DNA of 64,000 nucleotides from Mustelus asterias. Taxonomy: Eukaryota. Of the stretch, positions 12,334 to 23,408 are shown piece after piece. The position numbers and the translations under genes were made by a program. Each line of letters opens with the position of its first letter. Positions within the stretch are counted from its first letter, which is position 1. The notes beneath the pieces were generated by a model. It did not search any database. It was given only the letters and a program-made list of their open reading frames with translations, and had not been told where the DNA came from. Location of the stretch: NCBI RefSeq assembly GCF_964213995.1, contig NC_135818.1:69564001-69628000 (forward strand), given 5' to 3'.

Positions 12334-12491
12334 CCTGTGGAAAGTGCTAAAGTCTGAATTCTCACAGCTTGCCTCTGTGGCAATACCACTGTTTCTCCAC
12401 GCTCTTTCTCTTTCACATGGCGCTGATATATTCTGGAACATTATTGACAGCAACTTTAACAGCAAAGACTGGAAGATGCGGTTTGAAGCTG
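12334..12491 (+). CDS. UNC79: UNC79 exon
   Basis: TTGCAG acceptor, GTAAG donor; LWKVLKSEFSQLASVAIPLFLHALSLSHGADIFWNIIDSNFNSKDWKMRFEA; phase 2 to 1. Confidence 0.96.
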
Positions 12492-13207
12492 GTAAGATGG
12501 AAAACAAAATGCACAATGGAAAGAATGAAAACGTATCAAAATTCTTGGAGAGAGTGTAAACTTTTAAAACTTAATAGCATGGGGAAAAAAAAGAACAATG
12601 TTACGATGAAGTATATTTCTATTTTAAAATCGTATTAAGGAAACAAGATGTCGCAATTAAAATTAATGCTGTTACGGGAGTTGGAAATCTCAGAGATCTT
12701 TTAAACCTGATGTTGTGGTGTGTTGGGGCAACTGCAACAAGAAAATGTATTTTACTTTCCTGTACATTATCCTGAAATCAATCAAAGGACAGCCAGGAGA
12801 GACACATTAACCGTGCAATGAATTGACTGATATGAAGGCTGCTGGCGCCAACATAAGTCATTGTACAATCTCCACAGCTTCAACATGATCTAGTGCAACT
12901 GCTGCTAATAGGAAGAACTCAGACTTACCTCTAAGTTAATTTGGGATTGACACCACTGAGATTTTTACTTAACAGTGCAATCAATTTCATAACTCCCGTT
13001 TTGCTTTACACTCTTGTCTGCATTGCCAGAATGTCATTTTCTAAATCATAATGTGCTGCGCAGAGTCTACTTCTCCGATAAGATTCACTTTGTTTACAAA
13101 TACAAACAAAAATTTAGAAATGCAATGTAGGCAGAAATGTGTGTGCAGCCTGAAGTGATATACTGGATTGCCTGAATTATATCTAGTCGTTTGAGAGTAC
13201 AACATTT

Positions 13208-14125
13208 GAGTATTGCTGAAAACATGGACATGCTGTCGAAACTTTTCATCTTGCAGTCATCAGGACAGTTTGCAAGAATACTAGTACTAAAGGGAACAAC
13301 ACTTTATCCTGCATGAGAAGAGAGTGCTAATTGGTTGGCAAAATGGACTCTGATTGGTAGAGGCGTTGCCATGTAGAAGGCACCAGGAACAGTAAACTGC
13401 CAAGCTTTTGTTCAAATTCAAATCGGACAGGTGAATTCTGATTGATCAAGGCGTTGCCATGGGGAATGAACCAGGGAATGGCTATCCCCCAAGCTTTTGT
13501 TTCGTTGAAAAAGATGCAATGTGTAGACATGCTCTTTCTGTCTGCAAAAGAGAAGCTCCTATGTGTGAATGTATGTGACTTTCGGTCCAGAAATGTGACC
13601 AGTCTACCTCAGATTACGCTGAAGGGTAAGATGTCTCAAAGGTTTGAGCAACACGTGCATGTACAGTCTTTATCTGGCATGACACCAGCACTGAAAATTC
13701 ATGTACCATATTACTCATTTGTATGATAGGCAGGACATCTTGATGGCAGGATCCTGTTAGTGGAGAATACTACTAGTGTTGCTGTTGCATATTAACAACT
13801 TTAACCGACTAGTTTAACCTGTTGCTTAGTGTTTTGTGCATTCCATCTTTTTCACTTGAAGCTTGGGAGACAGCCATACCTTGGTTCATTCCCCAAGGCA
13901 ATGGCTTGACCAATCAGTCGACCTGCCTGGTTTGAACTTGAATGAAAGCTTGGCAGTTAACTGTTCCCTGGTGCAGTTTCTATGGCAATGCCTCTACCAA
14001 TCAGACTTGCCGACCAATCAACACTCCCTTCTCATGCAGTTTCAATTGTTGTTTCCTTTATTATTGCCATTCTTGTAAATCGTCCTGATAAAGCTTCAAC
14101 AGCATGCATCTCTTTTCAGCAATGC
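13208..14125. mobile_element. Penelope-like element remnant with ~300-bp inverted arms
   Basis: 13211-13520 is the reverse complement of 13838-14125; repeated TGATTGG (CCAAT) boxes; hammerhead motif at 13234-13267 on minus strand. Confidence 0.7.
13234..13267 (-). ncRNA. Minimal hammerhead ribozyme motif (Penelope-type)
   Basis: Minus strand TGTC-CTGATGA-CTGCAAGAT-GAAA-AGTTTC-GACA: stem I TGTC/GACA, conserved CUGAUGA and GAAA boxes; stem II weak. Confidence 0.55.
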
Positions 14126-14499
14126 ATTATGTCTCTTTTTCTTCTTGAGTACTCTACTCAAAGGCAGGCCTGACCCTCAGCACTGCACTCTCCTCCACAG
14201 GTAAGGCAAGGACGCAAGTCTTGAATCTGCCCCAGCTGAAATGGGGATTGGATTCTGTGTTGTTGGCACCAAGCTCATCCATACTGGCCATCCAGCCAAA
14301 CGGCATCCCAAGAAGTAATGTTGCTGTGGTATGCATGTTATAGTCTAGAGCTATCGATAGTGATGATGGTGCCTCCAATATTTTTCCATCGCATGGCTGA
14401 CCAGGAGTGTCTCCCACTCTTAATACCTGCCATTGGCAAATGTTGGAAGGATTTACAAGTCGATCATGTTGCGTCCTACACCTCCCTTGGTCCTCAAGT

Positions 14500-14679
14500 C
14501 CTCGGGATTTACCCCCCAACCCACAGCGTGTTTTGAGGCTAGCGGCGGGATCTTCTATTCCTGCTGTTGTCAATGGAGTTTCCCATTGAAAGCACCGCCC
14601 ATTGCCACCGTGCAAGCTGCGGCACTGGAGATGAGATTGGAAGATCCTGCTGGCATGAACGGCTGGAACATTCCGGCCC
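14500..14679. mobile_element. MITE with internal palindrome
   Basis: GGGATTT start, ATTCCGGCCC end; internal GGATCTTC / GAAGATCC and CAATGG / CCATTG inverted pairs. Confidence 0.55.
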
Positions 14680-14745
14680 TGGAGTGGGACTTGAATTGCA
14701 TTATATTTAAGGGTGCAATTTGTATATGTAAGGGTGCAAAGGGTA

Positions 14746-14833
14746 CTACCAAATAAACCTGTTGGGCTTTAACCTGGTGTTGTGAGACTTCTTACTGTGT
14801 CCACCCCAGTCCAACGCCGGCATCTCCACATCA
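14746..14833 (+). mobile_element. Penelope-like element 3' terminal fragment
   Basis: AATAAACCTGTTGGGCTTTAACCTGGTGTTGTGAGACTTCTTACTGTG...CATCTCCACATCA; reverse complement of the ends at 29644 and 63778. Confidence 0.8.
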
Positions 14834-14889
14834 GTTTAATCCTAGTAATATTCTATAATAATTTTAAAGATGTCTGACAACTTTAGTTA

Positions 14890-15200
14890 TTACTAAAAAA
14901 ATTACTGAGGCAATCGCTGGCCCAGTCATCTGGCAAATGGAGGCTGACCCTTCTTCGGCACCGGACCGCAGACATGCTGAGGTAACTGGAGCTCTGTCTG
15001 TATATTCTGACTGTGGGGTAGAACCATCTTTTGTGGGCCCTTCTGCCTTTGCACTCCCTGCTGGCCCTGCAACTCTTGTACCTCTCCACCCACAGCTCAT
15101 TCCCTGGGATGCTGCCTGCGGATACCTGACCTCGTCTCCCTTCGGCTCCTCTTTTTCTATTCTGAGGAGGTCCCACCAGCAGCGTATACAATGCTTGTGC
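14890..15200 (-). mobile_element. Harbinger/HARBI1-like transposase N-terminal relic
   Basis: Minus strand YPTVRIYRQSSSYLSMSAVRCRRR then (frameshift) ICQMTGPAIAS resembles the recalled N-terminus of vertebrate Harbinger transposases. Confidence 0.45.
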
Positions 15201-15265
15201 AGGAATGCAGGTGGCACTATCTCATGCACTCTAAAGGGTGCACTCAGCAGAAATCCAGTGCCAGT

Positions 15266-15541
15266 GGGTGGCATGGTGGCACAGTAGTTAGTACTGCTGT
15301 CTCACAGCGATAGGGACTCGGGTTCAATTCTGTCCTCAGGTCATTGTCTGTGTGGAGCTTGCACATTCTCCCCATGTCTGCGTGGGTTTCCTCTGGGTGC
15401 TCCGGTGTCCTCCCACATGCCAAAGATGTGCGAGTTAGGTTGATTGGCCATGATAAATTGCCCCTTAGTGTCAGGGGGATTAGTAGGGTAAATACATAGG
15501 GTTACGGGGATAGGGCCTGGGTGGAATTGTTGTCGGTGCAG
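15266..15541 (+). mobile_element. HE1/V-SINE-type SINE, 3'-truncated
   Basis: Head GGGTGGCATGGTGGCACAGTAG, V-domain, ends at GTCGGTGCAG. Confidence 0.9.
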
Positions 15542-15900
15542 TCAGGTGGACCTTAATTTATCTTAATGCCCTCTGAATGATGTTGTCATCTGACCTTTAA
15601 ATCACATTGTCTGACTCTGAGAGTAACTAATGTCCTTAACTATGTTGTTCTTAGTAGAATTGGTAAAGAAGAAATGTAATTTATTGGTAAAGAAACGGGA
15701 AGAATTTATCATTCAGAGGATTAGGAGTGATTTTGATTCAAATAGATAGAAACTTTCCCTAAATTATGCAATGTGGAAAGTTAAATCCAGACGGTTAGAA
15801 GCATGTTGTAACATTTTTTTTGTATTCAGTAATCCAGGTCATGACATGCAAACCTTTGCTTTTGGTACCAAGTCAGTTTTGTGTTTTATTTGTTATGCAG

Positions 15901-16082
15901 TAGAGAAAGTGGTGGTTCTGTGCAGATTTTTGGACATCCAATCTGTGACAAAGAATCACGTGCTGAAGTACTCTCTAGCCCATGCCTTCTGCTGTTTCCT
16001 GGCTGCAGTCGAAGATGTTAATCCAGCAGTGGCCACAAGAGCCAGACTTCTGCTCGATTCCATCAAAAGACCTGCTTTACAA
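15901..16082 (+). CDS. UNC79: UNC79 exon
   Basis: CAG acceptor, GTAAG donor; VEKVVVLCRFLDIQSVTKNHVLKYSLAHAFCCFLAAVEDVNPAVATRARLLLDSIKRPALQ; phase 1 to 0. Confidence 0.96.
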
Positions 16083-17289
16083 GTAAGTTATGAGCACAGG
16101 CACTTGATGTCGTTAGTATCTTATTAAAAGCCAGTAGGGCATTTGTATTCTTCCATTTCTATTCAATACATTGGTCAAAGAGAATAATTTGGAAGTAAGA
16201 TACTGCATTCTGGTTCCACTAAGATAAGCTTTTTTTTGTTTCGAAAGTAAATCTCAAAATAAACAATTTTAGAGGCAGCATTTAACAGTTAATTAAAAAA
16301 GGGGCAACCTATCCATCTTCCCTACCCTCTAAAAGATCGTATGCATTAGACAGTATAGGTTAGGACAGATTTGTGTGTATGATACTGGACTAATAACCTG
16401 GAGGGGTGAGTTAAAGACCAAACCATGGCAAATTCTGTCAAAAATGAACCTGGAAATTTGTGGGCCAACACCAAAGCAAAATAACATTGGAATCTTTTGG
16501 ATTGTCTCACAAACTCAACTGGCTCACTGATGTCCTTCAGAGAAAGCTTTTGGCTTTTAAAAAAATTCTTCATTTACAGATGTGGGTGTCGCCTGTAAGC
16601 CAACATTTATTGTCTATCACTGGTTTGCACAGTTGAGCATTTCAGGAGACAGGTTAAGAGTCAACACCATTGCCATGGGTCTGGAATCACATTTAGGCCT
16701 GGCCAGACAAAAATGGCACATTTCCTTCCCTAAAGGACATTATTGAACCAGATGTATTGTTTTTTGAGCGTCCAGTCGTCACCTGCTTACCATTGTCGAT
16801 ATGCCAAGTTTATTTATTAACAGATTAAAATTCTCTAGCTGCTGTGGTGGGATTTAAATTGTGACGCCAGTTACACAGTCACTGTGCTGTCTTCTAGTTT
16901 TTAGTCAGCTGACTGGCTATCTCCTTATGTGGCTTGGTGTCATAATTTGTTTTATAATGCTCCTGTGAAGCACTTCGGATGTATAATTACATTAAAGGCA
17001 TTATATGGATATAAGTTGTTATTGCATTAATTGGGACAGGGTAAGAAGAGACCTAACAACTCACACTGGGCATTCAGGAGCAGCATCAGGCATTCCTTAG
17101 AATGAGATATGGGCATAAAGAATCTATCACACGGAATTATCTGCAACTAAACAATAAAGAAGAGCTGAGTTAAGCAGTACTACAATCAATGGATGGTAGT
17201 AAAAGTTTATGGCTGGTTCGTGTTTGTCAAAAGGAAAAAGGTTCATTGGCTGGAGTCATATCTGACGCAGAAGAAAATGGTTGTGGTTT

Positions 17290-18200
17290 TCTGAGGCTAG
17301 TCAGCACAGCGCAAGAACCTCGTTACAAAAGTGTCTCAGCAAACATCCTCAGCCCAGTCATCTTCAACCTCTTCATCAATTATATTTCCTCCATCATGAG
17401 ATCAGAAATGGGACAGTTCACTAATGATTCCACACTTTTCAGCTCCTTTGAAAACTTCTCCAATGATGTGCTGGCCTACAATATCCATGCTTGGACTGAC
17501 CTGTAGCAGACAACGTTTGCGTCACTCAAGTTTCAAGTGGTGACAATCTCAGACAAAAGGGAATCCAGTCATCTATACTTGACCTGAAGTGCATCACCCT
17601 CACCGAGTCATCCACCATTAACATGTTGAGTGATCACCATTCAACAGAAACTGAACTGGATCTGCTGTTTAAAAATTATTACAAAGACAAAGGGCGGGAT
17701 TTTCTGGCCGTGGAGTATCATGAAAAATTCATCACTTGGCTGGTTGGGTACAGCAACAACATCATCCAAAAAGCTCAACACCATCCAGGAAAAAAACAGT
17801 TTTGTTGATCAGGGTCACTGGCACTGAACTCAATATCTATCCCCACCCCCCACCACTCCCATCTCCAACAGACTGTGCACCAGGTACAGAATGCAATGCA
17901 GCAACTCACCAAAGCCACTTCAGTGGTATCTCCTAGCCCATTGTCCTCTAGCATCAAGAAGGCCAAGAACAATGATTTTCTGGCAGTTCTGTCATCTCCA
18001 GGTTCTTGTTTAAAGACACATACATCCTGACTTGAAGATATAATACAGTTTGTTCATAGATGTTTAGTAAATACCCTGGAATTCCATACATAACACCGTT
18101 GTGGGAACACTTACAACAAGGGCTTCAGTGGTGTAAATAGGAGAATATACGGCCACCTCCTCAGGGCAGCTAGAAATGTGCAATAGGTGTACACCTTACC
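17290..18200 (+). mobile_element. Old CR1/L2-group LINE RT and 3' region, degraded
   Basis: ILSPVIFNLFINYISSIMRSEMGQFTNDST resembles RT motifs (LGP.LF..FIND / FADD); approximate limits. Confidence 0.6.
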
Positions 18201-18949
18201 AACATCACCCATGTCCGGCGCACAGCAATTATGCTACTGGATGAACAATCCAGAAAGCTAGGCTAATTATCCAGTGATGGAAGTTCAAACCCCATCACAG
18301 CAACTGGAGAACTTATCAAATAAAACTGGAACGAAGAGCTTGCTATGGTAACGTTGACAATAAAATACTGGATTGTTATTAAAAACCTAGCAGGTTTATT
18401 TTGGAAAGGAAATCCGCTGTCCTTATTTTGTGGAGTTTATTTGCAATCCAGACCCACGGCAATGTGGTTGACTCATAAATGCCCTCTGAAAATGGTCTAG
18501 CAAGTTGTGTTCAAGAAGGTAGCTTGGCAGGAGGACAATAAATGCTAACTTTACCATTAACACCTACATCCCATCAATTAATTAAAAAAAAGACTTTAAA
18601 AGATTGCAAAACTACCCTTTAACCAAAGAAGAAAAGGGGTACAATTTGATTTTTATAATAAATGTACAGTGACTACAAATATAATGTTGCCAAGAGTCTG
18701 ACAATTATTTGATAATATAGTTTGAATTACTTTACTTTTGCATGAAAAGAATAAAAACTGAAGGGGAAACTTTTTACATGGCATTGTTTCTGGTGGAAAA
18801 GACAAAAACAGCAGTTTGCGTTTGCAAAGATACATGTAAAATAATAAATAACAGTGAAATAACACCACGGAAAAGTAAGAAGCTTTGAAAATCTGATTAA
18901 GCATGCAACCTGAGTGATTAACTTTTAGTTTTTATTTACTTTCATGTAG

Positions 18950-19151
18950 GGCCTCTGTCTTTGCCTCGATTTTCAGTTTGACACAGTGGTGAAGGATAGA
19001 CCAACAATCCTCAGCAAATTATTTCTGCTTCATTTCTTAAAACAAGACATTCCAGCTTTAAGCTGGGAGTTTTTCGTCAATAGGTTTGATACCCTGTCTC
19101 TGGAGGCTCAACTTCATTTGGATTGCAATAAGGAGTTTCCATTTCCTACAA
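18950..19151 (+). CDS. UNC79: UNC79 exon
   Basis: TAG acceptor, GTAAG donor; GLCLCLDFQFDTVVKDRPTILSK...LHLDCNKEFPFPT; phase 0 to 1. Confidence 0.97.
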
Positions 19152-19270
19152 GTAAGTTTAGTCATTTTCTCCACAGATTTTCCAACCCATGTGGTCTCTT
19201 GCAGCAGTATAGGGTTGCCACCTTTTGCCAACTCCCCGGCTTGTGTTGTTTTGAAGGGCATGGTTCTGAT

Positions 19271-19683
19271 TTGATTCATTATTACCATATGTATTGGAAT
19301 ACAATGAAAAGTATTTTTTTTGCACGCTATACAGATAAAGCATACCATTCATAGAGTTCATAGGGGAGAAGGAAAGGAGAGGAATGTAGTGTTACAGTCA
19401 TAGCTGGCGTGTAGAGAAAGATCAGCTTAATGTAAGGTGGGTCCATTCAAAAGTCTGATGACAGCAGGGAAGAAGCTGTTCTTTAGTACGCGATTTCAGA
19501 CTTTTGTATCTTTTACCTGATGGAAGAAGGTGGAAGAGAGTATGTCCGGGATGTGTGGGATCCTTGATTATGCTGTCTACTTTTCTGAGGCAGTGGAAAG
19601 TGTAGACGGAGTCTGTGGATGGGAGGCTGGTTTGCACGATGGACTGGGCTACGTTCACAACCCTTTGTAGTTTATTGCGGTCT
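19271..19683 (-). mobile_element. Rex1/Babar LINE 3' fragment
   Basis: Minus ORF LQRVVNVAQSI...KDPTHPGHTLFHLLPSGKRYKS typical of Rex1; 10-bp TSD TGGTTCTGAT at 19261-19270 and 19684-19693. Confidence 0.85.
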
Positions 19684-19824
19684 TGGTTCTGATGGGATTT
19701 GTTTTTCCTGCTGCCTGTGCAAAAAAAAATCATTGAAATTTTTAGTAATAAAATACCTCCACATTACAGAAGAAGAAAGCAGAAAGTGAGCAGCTGTTTT
19801 ACCAAAAGCATGTTTTGGTCAATA

Positions 19825-19980
19825 TCACATTGCTGCTTTTGGGACCTTGCTGAGTGAAAATTTCCTGCTGTGTTTCCTATATTGCAACAGTAACTACACT
19901 TTAAAAAGTATTTCATTGGCTGTAAAGTGTTTTGGGATGACCTCAGGTCATGTGAGGTGCTTTGTAAATGCAAGTCCTGT
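19825..19980 (+). mobile_element. DeuSINE (SacSINE1/AmnSINE-like) 3' part
   Basis: TTGCTG..TTTGGGACCTTGCTG...CATTGGCTGTAAAGTGTTTTGGGATG...TAAATGCAAGTC resembles recalled Deu-SINE 3' region. Confidence 0.65.
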
Positions 19981-20832
19981 CTTTTAAAAAAGTTTTTAAA
20001 TGTCTGGTGTATATTTTAGAAGTTTCTGGGTAAGCCTAGACAAAAGAATGGTCCTAAATCAGAAAGCTAGCACCGCTGCCTGTGTGACTCATGCTGTGTG
20101 ATAAACCAGAAGAAAACATATTAAGGATATTATGTAGTCTTGTATAGAATGTACAGCACACAAACAAGTCATTCAATCCCAGCTGATTTGTGTCAGTGTT
20201 TATGCTCCATTTGTAGCTCTTCCCATCCTTCTTTATCTAATTCTAGCAGCTTAGCCATCTATTCCTTTCGCCCTCACGTGTTTGTCTCACTCCTCCTTAA
20301 ATCCATCCATGACTATTTACTTCAACTACTCCTCATGGTGGTGAATTCCACTTTCTAACCACTCTTCAGATAACAAAGTATCTCCTGAATTCCCTATTGA
20401 ATATATTAATGACTGCCTTATATTTAGTGTTCCCCTAAAGCGCTCTAACATGCAACAATTCATCCTCCTTTTTTCCATAGAAAAGCACTTCACCATGTTC
20501 AATCTTGCCTGACCAGTAGAGCCTCTCATTTCTGGTATCACATTTGTATGTGTTTTTTTGCCCCATCTCCAGTGCCTCTAGATACCTTTTTAGGATATAG
20601 AGATGAGAACTGTGCATGCTACTTTGAAGAGATGTCTAACTAAGATTCCATTAACCAAGTTTAACATAACTTTTCAACTCTATCGCGCTAGAAATGAACT
20701 GATTTTCTTTGTTTGCCCTTTTTGAGACATAAAATGCACACCATTGCTTTCCGACTTAGGAAAACAATTTTGTTTCAAATATTTTCTCTTGACCAGCTAT
20801 CTTTCATGTTAGAGTCTGCTTTTTTTTTTCAG

Positions 20833-21012
20833 CTATAACTGCTGTAAGGACAAATGTTGCTAACCTAAGTGATGCTGCCATGTGGAAAATCAAGCGAGCT
20901 CGCTTTGCACGAAACCGACAGAGGAGTGTGCGTTCCCTTAGGGACAGCGTGAAAGGCCCGGGAGAGTCAAAGAGGACACTTTCGCTTCCAGAGACTCTAA
21001 GCACCAAACTGC
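20833..21012 (+). CDS. UNC79: UNC79 exon
   Basis: poly-T CAG acceptor, GTAAG donor; ITAVRTNVANLSDAAMWKIKRARFARNRQRSVRSLRDSVKGPGESKRTLSLPETLSTKL; phase 1 to 1. Confidence 0.97.
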
Positions 21013-21564
21013 GTAAGTGCCTTTGGTTTACCAATTTCACTTCTGTTGGTGAATTTTGTTGGCTAGAAACAATAAGAACTGTTATTTCAGAGCAGCTGTG
21101 TTCTGTTCAGTATGATCACAACACTAATTATTTCATGTAGAGATATAAAAATGGGGCTGGAAAATTCAGCTTTGTATTTCTGGAGGTCTGAGTGCTATTG
21201 ATGCCAGTTTAGGGGAAAGATATTGCCCATGCTGCACACAAACACTTTTGGGGTAGCCCATGCATCACGTAATGTTTTTGAGGTTACTAGCACGGGTGTT
21301 ATGTGTGTGTGTGTGCGATGGAAGTTTACAGAGTAGTCAGACCATGAGTCACTCAGCATATAATGCTCATTTCACACCAAACCTGCCATTTTCCACCCTG
21401 AAGCTCCAGCTAACACCCTCTTTTTAGCAAGTACAGCTGAAGAGTGGTCATGAGGAATCTCCCCCTGCACCTCCAGCCACCAGTGCTATTCAAAGGCATC
21501 ATCATCCAACTTGCAGATTAGTTGCTCATTCATTTTTTGCTGGTTCTTTCTGAGCTATGGTACT

Positions 21565-21675
21565 GGGTGGGATTTTACGTCTTCGCTCGTCCCGAACCCG
21601 TAAAATCCCGCCTGAGATCAGTGAACCTTTCCATGTTCCGTTCCTCGCCCGCTCCGCTTCCAGGGTGGACGGGGT
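21565..21675 (-). mobile_element. ~125-bp MITE family copy (partial)
   Basis: GGGTGGGATTTTAC...AAAATCCCGCCTGAGATCA...CCTTTCCATG; reverse complement of 4197-4323. Confidence 0.65.
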
Positions 21676-22138
21676 TGTGGGTGGTATTTTTCCATGCCTG
21701 GCCAGCGGATTCAATAGTGGGTGGGAAGGGGTGACTGCAGTGGGAATCCAAAAATCAGTTTTGCGCTGGCATGAATTTCCAACGGGGTCTTCCACTGGTG
21801 TCTGGCATGCGAATCAGGAATCCTGCAGGAGGCCGGCATGGAATCAATCTGCATCCCACCCATGGGATGTTCCCTGACAGTGTATGACAATAAGAATAAT
21901 TTGTATCCAGTTTCTCAGTTGATGAACAAATACAAAAATAACCACCCAAATTCCCACCATTGCTGAGTGCCAATGACCAATAATTATAATTACAAATATA
22001 GACCTAATATTAAACCTAATTATCCTTTCAAGAATCTAACTGAGACAGGCAAATGGCAACAACCTGTTGAGAGAACTCTGTGTTCTGAAAATTACAGGAT
22101 CATATAATGTATTCTTACTTTGTTTTCAATTTTTGTAG

Positions 22139-22207
22139 CTTTGCGACTCACTAGGCATGAACAGTCAGCTCCAACTCTTGGTGCAATGATGGAGCAAGCT
22201 ATGCATG
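22139..22207 (+). CDS. UNC79: UNC79 69-nt symmetric (probably cassette) exon
   Basis: TTTTTGTAG acceptor, GTAAAT donor; PLRLTRHEQSAPTLGAMMEQAMH; phase 1 to 1 and a multiple of 3; resembles a recalled insert in some mammalian isoforms (PMRLTRHEQSAPALG). Confidence 0.85.
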
Positions 22208-22333
22208 GTAAATATGATAAATTTTTTTTGTATTTATTGTTGCTTAGAATCCAATTTCTAGGTAGCCACAGCTGTTGTTTCAGTAACACACTTTTCCAAA
22301 TGTATCATCAAATATTAAGGGCGGTGGCACAGT

Positions 22334-22640
22334 TTTTTTAAAATTCCAATTCAATCAAATCAAGTCCAATTCAGAGTCTCAACAAGTCGAGACATTCCCG
22401 ATCCAAGCTGACAAGACAGGGCTCTTACCTCCTGTTTTGGGCTTGATCTACATGATCCAAGCTGATTGGAGTAGGCATAGCTCCTCCTCCAAGGCTTGAT
22501 CTCATTTGCATCTTAGCCAAAAGGCCGAGGTGCCGCTTTTAAAAATTGCTTCAAATTAAGCTTAAATGTAACCTAATGACTTCAACCAAGCACAGCATGT
22601 TGATACTATACTTGATCTTAACCAGAAGGCCGAGAAGCAT
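22334..22640 (-). mobile_element. U2 snRNA-headed retroposed element (SINEU/Keno-like)
   Basis: Minus strand begins with U2 nt ~1-40 (22602-22640); exact U2 nt 8-27 again at 22510-22529; two hairpin units; A7 tail; AGT duplicated at junctions. Confidence 0.8.
22602..22640 (-). pseudogene. U2 snRNA 5' fragment (nt ~1-40)
   Basis: Minus strand ATGCTTCTCGGCCTTCTGGTTAAGATCAAGTATAGTATC vs vertebrate U2 ATCGCTTCTCGGCCTTTTGGCTAAGATCAAGTGTAGTATC (3 substitutions, 1 gap). Confidence 0.9.
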
Positions 22641-23264
22641 AGTGGTTAGCACTGCTGCCTCACAGGGCCATGGACATAAGTTCAATTCCGGCCTCAGGTC
22701 ACTGTCTGTGTGGAGTTTGCACGTTCTCCCCGTGTCTGCGTGAGTTTCCTCTGGGTGCTCCGGTTTCCTCCCACAGTCCAAAGATGTGCAAGTTAGGTTG
22801 ATTGGCCATGCTAAATTGACCCTAATGTCAGGGTAAATGTGTGTGGTTACAGGAATAGGGCCTGGGTGGGATTGTGGTCGGTGCAGACTCGATGGGCCAA
22901 ATGGTTTCTTTCTGTACTGTAGGGATTCAATGATATTCTATGATTAATTCAAATGCTGCTTTTAGGCAACAGGGTTGTGGGTCTCAGATTCTGACCTTCC
23001 CAGTGATTCTAATGATAAAACATTTGCTCATATTTGATTTGAAATCATTGACTTTTTTCTTTTAAATTTACACAGGGAGGCAATTTGTCCATATTGTTTA
23101 TGCTCTTACCTCTTTAATTTCCTTTTAAATAATATTCTTGTCCTGCTTCAGGCTTATGAAAAGGCATTCCATATGAAAGATTAAAAATTACATTTACTTA
23201 AAGTTACAAAGCCGGTTCTCAAAGTGGACTGAGCAAACCCAAATGCATTCCTTGCTTACTCCAA

Positions 23265-23408
23265 AAACCAAATTCAGATTTTGGTTGAATCCAATTTATG
23301 GTCCCCACAAGAGAGACAAACAAGATCCAAGCTAATCAGATAAGGCATTGCAGCCCATCTTGGGCTTGATCTGACACTTGTTCTTAGCGAAAAGACATGA
23401 AAAGCTAT
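23265..23408 (-). mobile_element. Older, shorter relative of the U2-headed element
   Basis: ACACTTGTTCTTAGCGAAAAGACATGAAAAGCTAT is a degenerate antisense U2 5' end; next to one GATCCAAGCT...GGCTTGATCT unit and a CCAATT...ACAAG.GAGAC tail. Confidence 0.6.

Larger units (their letters stand above)
22319..22944 (+). mobile_element. HE1/V-SINE-type SINE split by an insertion in its A box
   Basis: Head GGGCGGTGGCACAGT (22319-22333) resumes as AGTGGTTAGCACTGCTGCC at 22641; V-domain and CR1-like tail to ~22944. Confidence 0.85.

Noticed and set aside
22602-22640. Functional U2 snRNA gene
   Set aside because: Only ~40 of ~190 nt are present, with substitutions; no Sm site or 3' stem-loops; the upstream sequence is SINE, not a PSE.
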